A stretch of DNA of 32,306 bases from a virus (Duplodnaviria; Caudoviricetes), in IMG/VR virus record IMGVR_UViG_3300029823_000384, positions 1 to 32,306 of that record, one strand, 5' to 3'. The position numbers and the translations under genes are program-made. Positions 18,306-26,800 of the stretch are shown one piece after another (within the stretch, counting starts at the first letter, position 1; each line of letters opens with the position of its first letter). The notes beneath the pieces were generated by a model, which worked only from the letters and a program-made list of their open reading frames with translations, was not told the origin of the DNA and ran no database searches.

Positions 18306-19718
18306 TTAAAAGACCCCCTCGGTATTACCTTCGCCATCACCTGTATTTTCTTCGGCAGCCTGTTCCGCTTGTTTTTCTTTTAGCTCTTTTTCAGGGTCAT
18401 CAATTTCAGGATACATGCCGATTAATGTTTTTTCCGAAAGAATGTCGCGTAAAAGATTAATTGTTTGTGCCGCTTCATATGTATTTGCAACAGCTGAACG
18501 GTCAAAAGATAATTTAACGTTGCGCCAATCATAATTGGTATTGTGCAGAGCGTTAATGTATTCTGTGATTAGCCTTACCTTTTTTGTTTCGGACGAGCGG
18601 AAATACGTTTCTTTTTCTATAGACAGCTCTTCTAATCCGAATAATTTGTACTTTATAGCAACGCCTGAAAGATTGCCTGCAAATTCTTCGTCTGTGAGGT
18701 TTGGTACCTGTGAAAGAAAAAATATGTCTTTGAAAGTCCGCTTTTTATGGTTTTCCGCTTTTGTGTCATTAGTATCCTTTGTAATAAATCCCGGTTTGCA
18801 GCCTTCCGGAGCGTATATTACGCGGTTTTCTTTCATTACCTTCGCGCTTTCAGATGCCGACATCTCATTGCCGTCTTCATCTTCCGCATTAAGATCATCA
18901 ATTCCTTCAAAAACCAAATAAGCGTCCGAAAAAGAATCCAAATCATTAGACGTGTCGCTGACTGCCCTGTCGTAAGTGTCAATCTGTGGGATCACGTCCT
19001 CAAAATCGCCCTTCAGTTCCGCGTTATTCATCCTTATAATTACCGGCACGTCGGAAAAGTTATGGCTGAACTTTTCCTGCAGTTGCCATTGCCCGCCGCA
19101 TCGGCGCATGAAATTATAAACGTAAAGCTTCGTATAAACATCTACATATTCCACATCGTTTCCGCTGCCGTCAATGCTTGTAAGTTTATATGGCCGAAGG
19201 ACCATCGTCAAAAAATTAGCCGGCGTTTGGCTAAAAACGGGGATCATTTCATCGGCCTTGTAATACTGAGTTTTAAGCTTTCCCTCAGGGTTAATAAAAA
19301 GGAGTTCATACGAAATGCCGCGCTTGCTCATTTCTTTCGATTCCTCGAAGTGTTTGATTTTTGTCATATTGGAGTCAATAATATCATTGAGCGCTTCCTT
19401 ATATGTCGTGTTGTAGTTATCGTCAGGGCTGTCGACTTCGTATTTAACGCCGTATCCCATAAAATAGGCCGTTGCGATTTTTGTAATATATTTAGCGAAG
19501 GAATGAGAAATCTTGTTGTTGGGTTTATCCGGGTCCTGCATGGTGCGGTTTTGAATTGCCGTCTCATTTTGATAGTACTTTTCAAGGATTGACAGCCTGT
19601 TCAAATTATGGCGGAACTTTTTTAGGCAATAATCTATAACTTCCGGTGTAACGTCAGTATCATCAGCCAGCTTAATTAATTTTGGACGCAAAACTCTGTT
19701 TTCTATATCACCTGTCAC
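18306..19718 (-). CDS. Portal protein, SPP1 gp6-like
   Basis: KPNNKISHSFAKYIT, GDFEDVIPQIDTYD, FAGNLSGVAIKYKL. Confidence 0.94.
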   Translation of the reverse strand: MTGDIENRVLRPKLIKLADDTDVTPEVIDYCLKKFRHNLNRLSILEKYYQNETAIQNRTMQDPDKPNNKISHSFAKYITKIATAYFMGYGVKYEVDSPDDNYNTTYKEALNDIIDSNMTKIKHFEESKEMSKRGISYELLFINPEGKLKTQYYKADEMIPVFSQTPANFLTMVLRPYKLTSIDGSGNDVEYVDVYTKLYVYNFMRRCGGQWQLQEKFSHNFSDVPVIIRMNNAELKGDFEDVIPQIDTYDRAVSDTSNDLDSFSDAYLVFEGIDDLNAEDEDGNEMSASESAKVMKENRVIYAPEGCKPGFITKDTNDTKAENHKKRTFKDIFFLSQVPNLTDEEFAGNLSGVAIKYKLFGLEELSIEKETYFRSSETKKVRLITEYINALHNTNYDWRNVKLSFDRSAVANTYEAAQTINLLRDILSEKTLIGMYPEIDDPEKELKEKQAEQAAEENTGDGEGNTEGVF

Positions 19719-21475
19719 AAGCCAAACCTCCTTTTTCCGAATTTCAGGCGCTTTTTATTACCTCCGCAGGCAATGGTGCGGCAGCCTTCCAATGCATCCG
19801 GGCCGTCATCGTGGTCGGCCATCGGAAAAAACTCCAATTGTTCTAACAGCCTTTTATGCTGCCGGTTAAACTTAATGTACTTGTTGTCAATATCGGGCTG
19901 AAGCGTTTCTATGCGCAGGACTTTATCGGATGTCTGCTGAACTTCACGTATAGGAAGGTATATTCCCCGCCGGGCGCTTTCTTTTGCTAATTCCGTTTTA
20001 AGAAAATATTGGAATTGGTTTGTTTCACAGCCGAACGCTTTATACTTTTTCCCATAGGCTTTTTTAATCCAAACCGCTTTACCGAGTACAGCGTCGATAA
20101 TAACGCTCGGAAGCCTCCGGTCCACGTCTGCGTCGGCCACATACATATATCCGGTACTTCTCGATTTTGCAATCGTTATAATTGCGGAAAAGTCGGATTT
20201 TTTGCTCTTGCCGAGCGACGGGTCGACAAACCCGTAAAAATTGAAGTCTTTGTCCGAGAAATTAATATCATGCGGATTATAATAATCGAAGTTTTCTTTA
20301 TTGAACAGGCAGTCTTCCGGGTCAATCGGTTCATTCTGCTCTTCCGAATTAAACGACGCAGCGCCCTCCGAAACTTTCATGAACATCAGGTCATAATATG
20401 AAAGCTTTTCTTCCCACAAGACTTTTGTGCCTTTTAGCATTGCCTGCTTATTTTTGTTAAAAAATGCTAAAGCTTCGGCCTTACGGTTTTTATTGTTTTT
20501 ATTCGTCAATATGGTTTCCCAGATATTCCACAGCGGTGAAGCGGAAAAGTTTAGCACGGCTTTGTATTTAACGCTGTTGTATTCCGGGTTGTTCATAACG
20601 TTGACCAGCAGACTGTCATAGTGAAGGACTGTGCCAATATAAACAAAATCCGTATATGTGTCGCCGCACTTGGAAACGGCTTTATAAAACCAGTTCTTAA
20701 GCTTTTCCCGTTGCTCCGGGGTCCGGACATTTTCGTCGTTTTCAATATCGTCGAGGACTATCAGGTCCGGCCTCCAGTTTTTATGTTTCAGGCCGCGAAC
20801 TTTCTGCCCGGCACCCTTGGCCTGTATTTTTATTTTTGTCTTTGTAACAATAACATCTTCACGCCACACATTTCCGACAATATTGCCGAAGTCTTCGGTA
20901 ATGGCCTCGTTTTCCTCCAGCTCGTCGCTTATTGCTTCAAGAAAGCTCGCGGCCTGAGGGTAGGTATCCGACAAAATCAAAATATAGTGCTTATAGCGGT
21001 ACAGCACTGCATGAAGATCATCTTTAAATGTAAGGTTTGTACTTTTTGCGTGGCCGCGCGGAGCCGCTACAGCGTGGTGGCAGCCGGGCTGCGCGTCAAC
21101 AATTTTAGGTTGTGTGTAAGGGTTAAATCCTTTAAGGACTCCATCAGTCCAGATTTTATCCAATTCATAATGAAATTTCGGGGACGGTTTTGAAAAATAA
21201 TGCGGCAGATAGGCATTCCCGAAAAACGCAAGGTCGATTGCGCCAAGCTGTTTTCTAATGCCTGATTCCCCAACCATCGGCGCGCCGTTTTTCATCCGCT
21301 GTGCAATAGCCTGCCGTTCCGAAGCGTGGTCGGGATATGCCGCTGTATCTAAATGTTTTAAAATCAGTTTCTTTAAATCGTTTAAATTTTCCTCATATTT
21401 TTCCTCTTCATCATCGGTAACGGATGACATAATATCATATAGCTTATTTAATTTTTGCTTTTGTAAACTTATCAA
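19715..21475 (-). CDS. terL: Terminase large subunit
   Basis: Walker A APRGHAKS, Walker B LIVLDD, nuclease VDPS and HDDGPDALEG; TTG start with GGAGG RBS. Confidence 0.95.
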   Translation of the reverse strand: MISLQKQKLNKLYDIMSSVTDDEEEKYEENLNDLKKLILKHLDTAAYPDHASERQAIAQRMKNGAPMVGESGIRKQLGAIDLAFFGNAYLPHYFSKPSPKFHYELDKIWTDGVLKGFNPYTQPKIVDAQPGCHHAVAAPRGHAKSTNLTFKDDLHAVLYRYKHYILILSDTYPQAASFLEAISDELEENEAITEDFGNIVGNVWREDVIVTKTKIKIQAKGAGQKVRGLKHKNWRPDLIVLDDIENDENVRTPEQREKLKNWFYKAVSKCGDTYTDFVYIGTVLHYDSLLVNVMNNPEYNSVKYKAVLNFSASPLWNIWETILTNKNNKNRKAEALAFFNKNKQAMLKGTKVLWEEKLSYYDLMFMKVSEGAASFNSEEQNEPIDPEDCLFNKENFDYYNPHDINFSDKDFNFYGFVDPSLGKSKKSDFSAIITIAKSRSTGYMYVADADVDRRLPSVIIDAVLGKAVWIKKAYGKKYKAFGCETNQFQYFLKTELAKESARRGIYLPIREVQQTSDKVLRIETLQPDIDNKYIKFNRQHKRLLEQLEFFPMADHDDGPDALEGCRTIACGGNKKRLKFGKRRFGL

Positions 21476-21594
21476 TTTCCTGTCCTCCGTTTCTGCCGTT
21501 TTGTGCGCCGATAGAGCGCCGTAATTTATAGCCGCGTAATTTTGCCGATAACATCTGAAAAACTTTTTTAAACAGTTTTAAAGGGCTTTAAAAT

Positions 21595-21735
21595 CATAAG
21601 AAAAGGAACCCGTACAAAATTTAAAGCGTTTTGGATGTGCGCTGCCATCCAAACAGCGAAAAACTGTCGGGTTCCTGTAATCTTATGTCGGTCCTTCACG
21701 GTTTGGGGACGAATCAACCCAACCCGTATCCGGAC
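21595..21735 (-). ncRNA. Structured RNA element between nusG paralog and terL
   Basis: Nested stems CATAAGA/TCTTATG, AGGAACCCG/CGGGTTCCT, TTTGGATG/CATCCAAA plus a second hairpin presenting GGTTGATTCGTCCC. Confidence 0.6.
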
Positions 21736-21739
21736 GTTT

Positions 21740-22228
21740 TTAAAACTCTTTTAAAATCTCAAGCGATAAATAAGTGATTTTAGGCTTCCCTAAAATCTTG
21801 ACCTCCGCTTTAGCACGCCGGCGATGCCGGTCAAGTTTCAGCAGTTTTACATTTTCTCCTGTCAGCGGACCGTCCAGCACTTTATATGTTCCGTTTTTAT
21901 TAAAATGGATCTTTGATGGCAAAAGCGGCTGCTCCCAACTTTCAATCCATTTTTCCTCTGTCGGTAAAAGCGGGGAAGGCCGGCTTCCGGTCCCTAATAT
22001 CCGGATAACTCCCTGTGTCCTTTTTAGGACGTAATACAATGTATCCGTGTATTCAATCCGCACAAATACGTAGCTTGGAATCACGACATAATCACGTTCC
22101 AGCCATTTACCGCCTGACCTGAGTACCCGCCGCTCATGCGCGACAGCGGCATGGATTCCGTTACGGGTAAGTGAATCCCGTACCATATCCTCTGATCCCG
22201 TCATGACCTGAAGAACATACCATTCCAT
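21740..22228 (-). CDS. NusG-paralog transcription antiterminator (LoaP-like)
   Basis: NGN domain WYVLQVMTGSE...PSYVFV...GVIRILG; KOW domain VLDGPLTG...KLDRHRRRAK. Confidence 0.88.
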   Translation of the reverse strand: MEWYVLQVMTGSEDMVRDSLTRNGIHAAVAHERRVLRSGGKWLERDYVVIPSYVFVRIEYTDTLYYVLKRTQGVIRILGTGSRPSPLLPTEEKWIESWEQPLLPSKIHFNKNGTYKVLDGPLTGENVKLLKLDRHRRRAKAEVKILGKPKITYLSLEILKEF

Positions 22229-22231
22229 AAG

Positions 22232-22801
22232 TTAATCCCCCGCAGATTGTTTTTCCTTTTCCTGCTTAAGGACGGTCATCACCTGTTCATACAGTTCCGG
22301 ATGTTTTTTGGCCAAAATATCGGTAAGCAGTGATTGCGTGGCTTCCAGCGCGGCTTCCGTATCCGTTTTATTTTGCAGGTCTACCCGCCGCTTATAGCCT
22401 GCGGCGCGGATCAGGCCGTTCGCCTGTTTTAGCAGCTTATCAGGTGCAATGTTCTCCCATTCTTCCGGATTGACGCTGGTAATCGCATTAAAAACATTTT
22501 GTGATGCGACCCTCAAAATCGCTTCAGTCGAATCAAGGTTAGGATACTTATCCATTTCTTCCATCATCATTTTCATGTTTTCCTGCGACATCTTCAGCAT
22601 TTCCACACTTGCAAGATACTTGCTTGCATAGCGGCAAACCGACATTTGTGACACGGATACGTTATGCTGGCTTAAATATTCGACAATTTCACGGTATGAC
22701 TGGCCGCTAAGCAGCATCTGTTCAACGGTGTTTTTCAGTTCTTCAGGGAGAGCGTCTATTTTACCTGAACTTCGGTTCTTTTTTCTGCTCATTCCCATCA
22801 C
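22232..22801 (-). CDS. Mu gp27-like (DUF3486) protein, probable terminase small subunit
   Basis: GKIDALPEELKNTVEQML..G.SYREI..YL...VSQMSVCRY. Confidence 0.82.
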   Translation of the reverse strand: MMGMSRKKNRSSGKIDALPEELKNTVEQMLLSGQSYREIVEYLSQHNVSVSQMSVCRYASKYLASVEMLKMSQENMKMMMEEMDKYPNLDSTEAILRVASQNVFNAITSVNPEEWENIAPDKLLKQANGLIRAAGYKRRVDLQNKTDTEAALEATQSLLTDILAKKHPELYEQVMTVLKQEKEKQSAGD

Positions 22802-23124
22802 GCCTTTACCATTTTGTCGTTGATTTCACCGCCAAGCAAACGGATGCCGTGGGCGGTAACCTTGGCTTCCAGACGGGAATAATCGGTGTCTGCAATATCT
22901 GCGGGTTCTTTTGTTTCAATATTGCGGACTGTAATATATCCGGCTTCCGACAAAAAATTAATACAGTCAAGATATTCCGTTTCAGACATATCTGTCAATG
23001 CATATTGAACTTCTTTCAGCTTTTCATATTTATGGCGCAAAATGTTAATAGTCCGAAGAACTTTTCCGTTATTTTCAATAAACTGCCCAGCCCGCATCTT
23101 TCTAAGCATTTCCTCTTTATCCAC
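22798..23124 (-). CDS. Mu gp26-like winged-helix protein
   Basis: INFLSEAGYI...AKVTAHGIRLL.G.I.D; synteny. Confidence 0.68.
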   Translation of the reverse strand: MDKEEMLRKMRAGQFIENNGKVLRTINILRHKYEKLKEVQYALTDMSETEYLDCINFLSEAGYITVRNIETKEPADIADTDYSRLEAKVTAHGIRLLGGEINDKMVKA

Positions 23125-23470
23125 GGTTTGCCCCTCCTTTGTTCATTTGATAAATCATATCGTAGATACGGTCAAGCTTTTGGTCGGTGGCTGCTTGAGT
23201 TCGGTAAAAATCGTCCTTAAAAAGACATTTTTCTTTTAGCTCTCCCATATCTGCCGTAAGCTGTTTAATATCGTCACGCGATTGATCTTTATATGCCTTA
23301 AAATCGTCCTGAGTGACGTAAGTCTGTTTAATTTGCTGTATGTCTTTGTCATTGTCATCCGTCTTTGATACTGTCCGCTTTAAAAAATAGCCGATTACCG
23401 TTATAGCAATAGTAACAAGCGTCGTGATAATCCACCAGACTTCCGCACTCATATTCAGTCCTCCGAGCAT
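23117..23470 (-). CDS. Mu gp25-like membrane-anchored coiled-coil protein
   Basis: N-terminal TM helix WWIITTLVTIAITVIGYFL then coiled coil; start probably ATG 23452 (GGAGG RBS). Confidence 0.68.
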   Translation of the reverse strand: MLGGLNMSAEVWWIITTLVTIAITVIGYFLKRTVSKTDDNDKDIQQIKQTYVTQDDFKAYKDQSRDDIKQLTADMGELKEKCLFKDDFYRTQAATDQKLDRIYDMIYQMNKGGANRG

Positions 23471-23511
23471 AAAAAATAGGGTATATTCATGTATAACATA
23501 AATATACCCTA
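23471..23511 (-). terminator. Hairpin plus T6 after mor (early/middle terminator)
   Basis: TAGGGTATATT...AATATACCCTA 11-bp stem followed by TTTTTT on - strand. Confidence 0.65.
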
Positions 23512-23530
23512 AAAGTTCGGGGGGTACAAA

Positions 23531-23567
23531 GAAGGCATTTCATGGAAAAAGTTCCATAAGCGCCTTC
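23531..23567. promoter_or_regulatory. Dyad element, candidate Mor/C activator site of late promoter
   Basis: ATGGAA-N4-TTCCAT (23542-23557) flanked by GAAGGC/GCCTTC, directly after mor and before the late genes. Confidence 0.55.
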
Positions 23568-23572
23568 CATAT

Positions 23573-23866
23573 TCAAAAAAAGCTTTGTTGTCCCTCTATC
23601 CTTTTCATGCTGGCAGTAATCTCGCGAATGGTCCGGTCACTCAAATTGTACCTTATGGCAAGCTCTCTGCTGTTATAGCCATTATACTGCTTCCTAATCT
23701 CATTGTCACGTTTATCTTTTACAATACTTTCTGCTTGGAAAATATATATACTCGTTCCACCAAAATGAGTTACCAGTTTTCGATAATTTTCAATACCAAT
23801 CAGTTCGGCAATTTCACGCTGTTCGCCGTCTAAATCGTCTGCCGTGATGGTATCCAGCAAACTCAT
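23573..23866 (-). CDS. mor: Mor/C-family transcription activator
   Basis: IAELIG.ENYRKLV..FGG..IYI...RDNEIRKQYNGYNSRELAIRYNLSDRTIREI. Confidence 0.92.
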   Translation of the reverse strand: MSLLDTITADDLDGEQREIAELIGIENYRKLVTHFGGTSIYIFQAESIVKDKRDNEIRKQYNGYNSRELAIRYNLSDRTIREITASMKRIEGQQSFF

Positions 23867-24348
23867 TTTGCATTCTCCCTTTCGATTCGCCGACCCGCGC
23901 TTGAAACATACCCTTTTAATATTTCAATGAGCTGAGAGCCTTGCCGGTAGTTAAGCCACCTGAACGGCTGCTGCGCCGTAACGTCAATTTTAAATTGGCG
24001 TTTAATTATTCCGCACAGCCTTATGCCGACTGTTGCGGAGCTTGGTTTTCGGTCGCGCCCGGCAAGCGCGTACATCAGCTGCCAGACTTTTTTTTGCTGG
24101 CCTTCCGTCATGCCTGCGGAAGCGCGGGTGCTTCCGCACTTTTTATGTTTTTTTGGCGGCGGTGAAAGATGGGACAGTTTAATACGTTCTGTCAATTCAT
24201 TTTCAACCAGTTTATATTCATTGTCGTTAAGCTGGCTGACGTGTGTTTTACCTGTCAAATTATAAACCAGTGCGTGCAGATCATCGTTCTTTATGAGATT
24301 CAGCACAGCGCCAAGCTTATATATGCGCTGTATTTGCTTCGATGTCAT
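23863..24348 (-). CDS. gemA: GemA/gp16 (DUF1018)-like protein
   Basis: QIQRIY.LG...LHALVY.LTGK.HVSQL...QQKKVW.L...LIE.LK; directly before mor as in Mu-like phages. Confidence 0.8.
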   Translation of the reverse strand: MTSKQIQRIYKLGAVLNLIKNDDLHALVYNLTGKTHVSQLNDNEYKLVENELTERIKLSHLSPPPKKHKKCGSTRASAGMTEGQQKKVWQLMYALAGRDRKPSSATVGIRLCGIIKRQFKIDVTAQQPFRWLNYRQGSQLIEILKGYVSSAGRRIERENAK

Positions 24349-24365
24349 TACTTTCGCCTCCCATA

Positions 24366-25019
24366 TTATTTTTCAATTTGAATTTTCGGCGTTTCTTCAA
24401 CGACAATAGCGCTGTTGATCCTTTCCAGTATTTCTTGTCTGTCAGCTTCGGTGCTTCTTTTATTGGCGCTCATAAGCTGTAAAAAATTTTCCCATGTTGC
24501 CGCTTCTGAAATAAAATATGCGTACTGCTCCGAATCAGAACGGCTGAAACCTCCTATGGCCATAAGATTTTTAACGTCGGTTTTGAAATTTACGCCTTTC
24601 AGTTTTTTCTTTAAAGCTGTTTTTGTTTCAGTGGCACACGGAAGTTGCTTTATAACCTCTTCAACAGTCATCTTGGTATAGCTTTTCTGCCACAAATTAA
24701 CGAGCATTCGGGATGCGGGCGCGGTAAGCTTGTATTTTTTTTCTTCAGTCACCGCGTCGGTATATGCGCTGCCGAAAATCTCTTTAAAAAAACTGGGATA
24801 GACTTGCTTGAGGTTTTCCGACATGGTAGCCGTAACTTTATTTGCTTTTGTCCCTGAGTATGCCACGGTTTTCAGCTTAGTGTTTTTCAGGTCGTCATCG
24901 CTGATTTTCAGGAAAAACCCTTCCAGCTCGTTTTGTTCTTCTTTAAGCTTTGTGATAACGTCTTTTATTTCTACAAGGCGGTCAACTTTGTTTTGAATTT
25001 CACTGCGGTTAAGAGCCAT
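24366..25019 (-). CDS. Hypothetical early protein
   Basis: 217-aa co-oriented ORF with AAGGAG RBS and N-terminal coiled coil. Confidence 0.75.
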   Translation of the reverse strand: MALNRSEIQNKVDRLVEIKDVITKLKEEQNELEGFFLKISDDDLKNTKLKTVAYSGTKANKVTATMSENLKQVYPSFFKEIFGSAYTDAVTEEKKYKLTAPASRMLVNLWQKSYTKMTVEEVIKQLPCATETKTALKKKLKGVNFKTDVKNLMAIGGFSRSDSEQYAYFISEAATWENFLQLMSANKRSTEADRQEILERINSAIVVEETPKIQIEK

Positions 25020-25263
25020 ATTTTTTATTCAGCTCCTTTTGCAAAGCTGCGGCGCATTTTTCGCATATATTAATACCGCAAATGTTCATTACAGCTTCGC
25101 TGCTTCCGCAAAAGCGGCAAACTGGGACATGCGGATTAATTTTTACGCCGTTGCCGCTGCTTTCAACATCAACAGCCATTCCCGGTGTAAACCCTATCTC
25201 AGTCCGTATTTGCTTTGGAATAGTTATCCCGTTTTTTGACGTTAGCTTTTTTGATGTTTTCAT
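25009..25263 (-). CDS. AbrB/MazE/SpoVT-family DNA-binding protein with C-terminal CxxC pairs
   Basis: GITIPKQIRTEIG..PG.AVDV...CRFCG...ICEKC. Confidence 0.88.
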   Translation of the reverse strand: MKTSKKLTSKNGITIPKQIRTEIGFTPGMAVDVESSGNGVKINPHVPVCRFCGSSEAVMNICGINICEKCAAALQKELNKKYGS

Positions 25264-25278
25264 ATTTATTCCTCCTGT

Positions 25279-25434
25279 TCAAATTTTCGGAAGTGTCCGT
25301 ACTCGGTTAGTGTGCTTATGTACCATTGTTAGAAATTCCTTATCTTCATTAAGCACCAGCCAGTTATTTGAGTTTAACCGGAAGCTTGAGATAAGGACTT
25401 TCTGCTTTCTGGTTGGCCTTTTTCCGTGTCTCAC
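25279..25434 (-). CDS. Small phage protein, 51 aa (DUF6906-like; not in ORF track)
   Basis: GTG start after AGGAAG; MRHGKRPTRKQKVLISSFRLNSNNWLVLNEDKEFLTMVHKHTNRVRTLPKI. Confidence 0.78.
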   Translation of the reverse strand: MRHGKRPTRKQKVLISSFRLNSNNWLVLNEDKEFLTMVHKHTNRVRTLPKI

Positions 25435-25464
25435 TGCTTTTCGCTTCCTGTCTTAAAAAAATAT

Positions 25465-25519
25465 CCCCACTCTGCATTTTAGCGGGCTTGTGACCGCCTT
25501 CGGCTGCATTAAGGCGGGG
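25465..25519 (-). ncRNA. Twister ribozyme (P1 type)
   Basis: - strand CCCCGC-CUUAA-UGCA-GCCGAAG-GCGG-UCACAAGC-CCGC-UAAAA-UGCA-GA-GUGGGG: P1, P2, P4 stems and the conserved UAA, GGUnnnAAGCCC and GCAGAG segments. Predicted cut U/A between 25511 and 25510. Confidence 0.88.
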
Positions 25520-25540
25520 CGCTTGCCCCGTAAAATTAAT

Positions 25541-25768
25541 TTACCATGTAGGCCGGCCCCTTACACGGTCATTGTGGGCTTTCCTCTGATACCGGGTGCT
25601 CTGTTCAGCCTTGATTGACTGAAAAAAACGGTCTGCCTCTTTTTCCCTTCGCGCTTTTGCCTTTTTCGCATCTTCTCCGGCTTTCCAAATCTTCCAAGTT
25701 GGACACCCTGAATGGCATCCTATATAGCGGTAAGTACAATCTTTGCATGGCGGCTGTGTATAGGCCAT
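25541..25768 (-). CDS. Small Cys-rich hypothetical protein
   Basis: PCKDC..R..GCHSGC..W motif; co-oriented. Confidence 0.7.
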   Translation of the reverse strand: MAYTQPPCKDCTYRYIGCHSGCPTWKIWKAGEDAKKAKARREKEADRFFQSIKAEQSTRYQRKAHNDRVRGRPTW

Positions 25769-25881
25769 CTTTTCATCACCGAGCGTTCGGCGGTAACGAA
25801 GTCCCGCAGTTCCTTGATGGAGGGAGTCTTATCCTTCAGCCGGCATAGTGCCAAGTATGCTTCCAGTTCTTTTACAGTCAT
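25720..25881 (-). CDS. Small hypothetical protein, 53 aa (not in ORF track)
   Basis: AGGAGGAG RBS right after MuB stop; MTVKELEAYLALCRLKDKTPSIKELRDF... Confidence 0.6.
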   Translation of the reverse strand: MTVKELEAYLALCRLKDKTPSIKELRDFVTAERSVMKRWPIHSRHAKIVLTAI

Positions 25882-25894
25882 ACAAACTCCTCCT

Positions 25895-26800
25895 TTAATA
25901 TGTTATAATTTTCATCGTTTTAGCCATTGCCATTAATCCTTTATAGCTGGTATCTTCGTTATCTTTGGCATTGCTGTATAAATTGACCGCGCCACGGATT
26001 CCCTGTTCGCTGCGTGCAATAGTGTGCAGCAGTTCAATTTCTTTTTCCTGCCCATTATCGGCTAAAGCCGGAAAAAGCAATTTAATGTCTTTTTTAGTAA
26101 CTTGTAGCGTTTTGCGAATATTAATCAGTTTGGTGCGGTTCCGTATTTGTGCAAACGCCGGACGGCTGCGGCCGTTTGTAACGGTTTCCGGATTGCCGAT
26201 TAAAGTAACGCCCAATTCAGGGTTGCTGTCGGTGAATGCTCGAATTGCCTCAATGGTTTTGATTGGAAGGTGCTGGGCTTCGTCAATAATCAGTACTTTG
26301 CGGCCACCGCGCAAGGCCTCGTCTATTTCCATCCACATATCGTCTTTTCTTCCGGTCGGCAATTTTAACTGCCGGCAAAGGAGTTTTAAAAACGCGTTTA
26401 AGCTTGAAACGCACGGATTTACAGTCACATAAATTGCGCTGTTCGGGTATTCGGCAGCGTATTTCAGTGCCGCTTTTGTTTTGCCGATTCCGGCATCGCC
26501 GCATTCATCGGCAAGCCCGCCTTTTAAATGGCACATTCTAATAGTTGCGTACACGCCTTCCGAAATAGACGTTGGAACATAATTCGGAGAAACATATAAT
26601 GCCTTTGCCTCGGCCTTCAGGTCGAAAAACTCACACAGCCGGTTTTCAAATTTTTCCACATCGCCGTTATAAGTGCCTTTGCGGTATGTACTGAGAGTAC
26701 CTGTACTGTAACCGATGTTGGCGGCGGCTTTTGATTGGCTTCCAACCTCCGTAATGTAAGCTTCCAGTTTTTGCTGGAGTTCAGGATTGTACTGTTTCAT
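25895..26800 (-). CDS. MuB-like transposition AAA+ ATPase
   Basis: N-terminal HTH, Walker A GDAGIGKT, Walker B VLIIDEAQHL; overlaps transposase stop. Confidence 0.93.
   Translation of the reverse strand: MKQYNPELQQKLEAYITEVGSQSKAAANIGYSTGTLSTYRKGTYNGDVEKFENRLCEFFDLKAEAKALYVSPNYVPTSISEGVYATIRMCHLKGGLADECGDAGIGKTKAALKYAAEYPNSAIYVTVNPCVSSLNAFLKLLCRQLKLPTGRKDDMWMEIDEALRGGRKVLIIDEAQHLPIKTIEAIRAFTDSNPELGVTLIGNPETVTNGRSRPAFAQIRNRTKLINIRKTLQVTKKDIKLLFPALADNGQEKEIELLHTIARSEQGIRGAVNLYSNAKDNEDTSYKGLMAMAKTMKIITY

Noticed and set aside
18747-19592. 281-aa + strand ORF and similar long antisense ORFs (e.g. 20621..21193)
   Set aside because: Fully antisense to portal or terminase, with no expression signals; codon-shadow ORFs.
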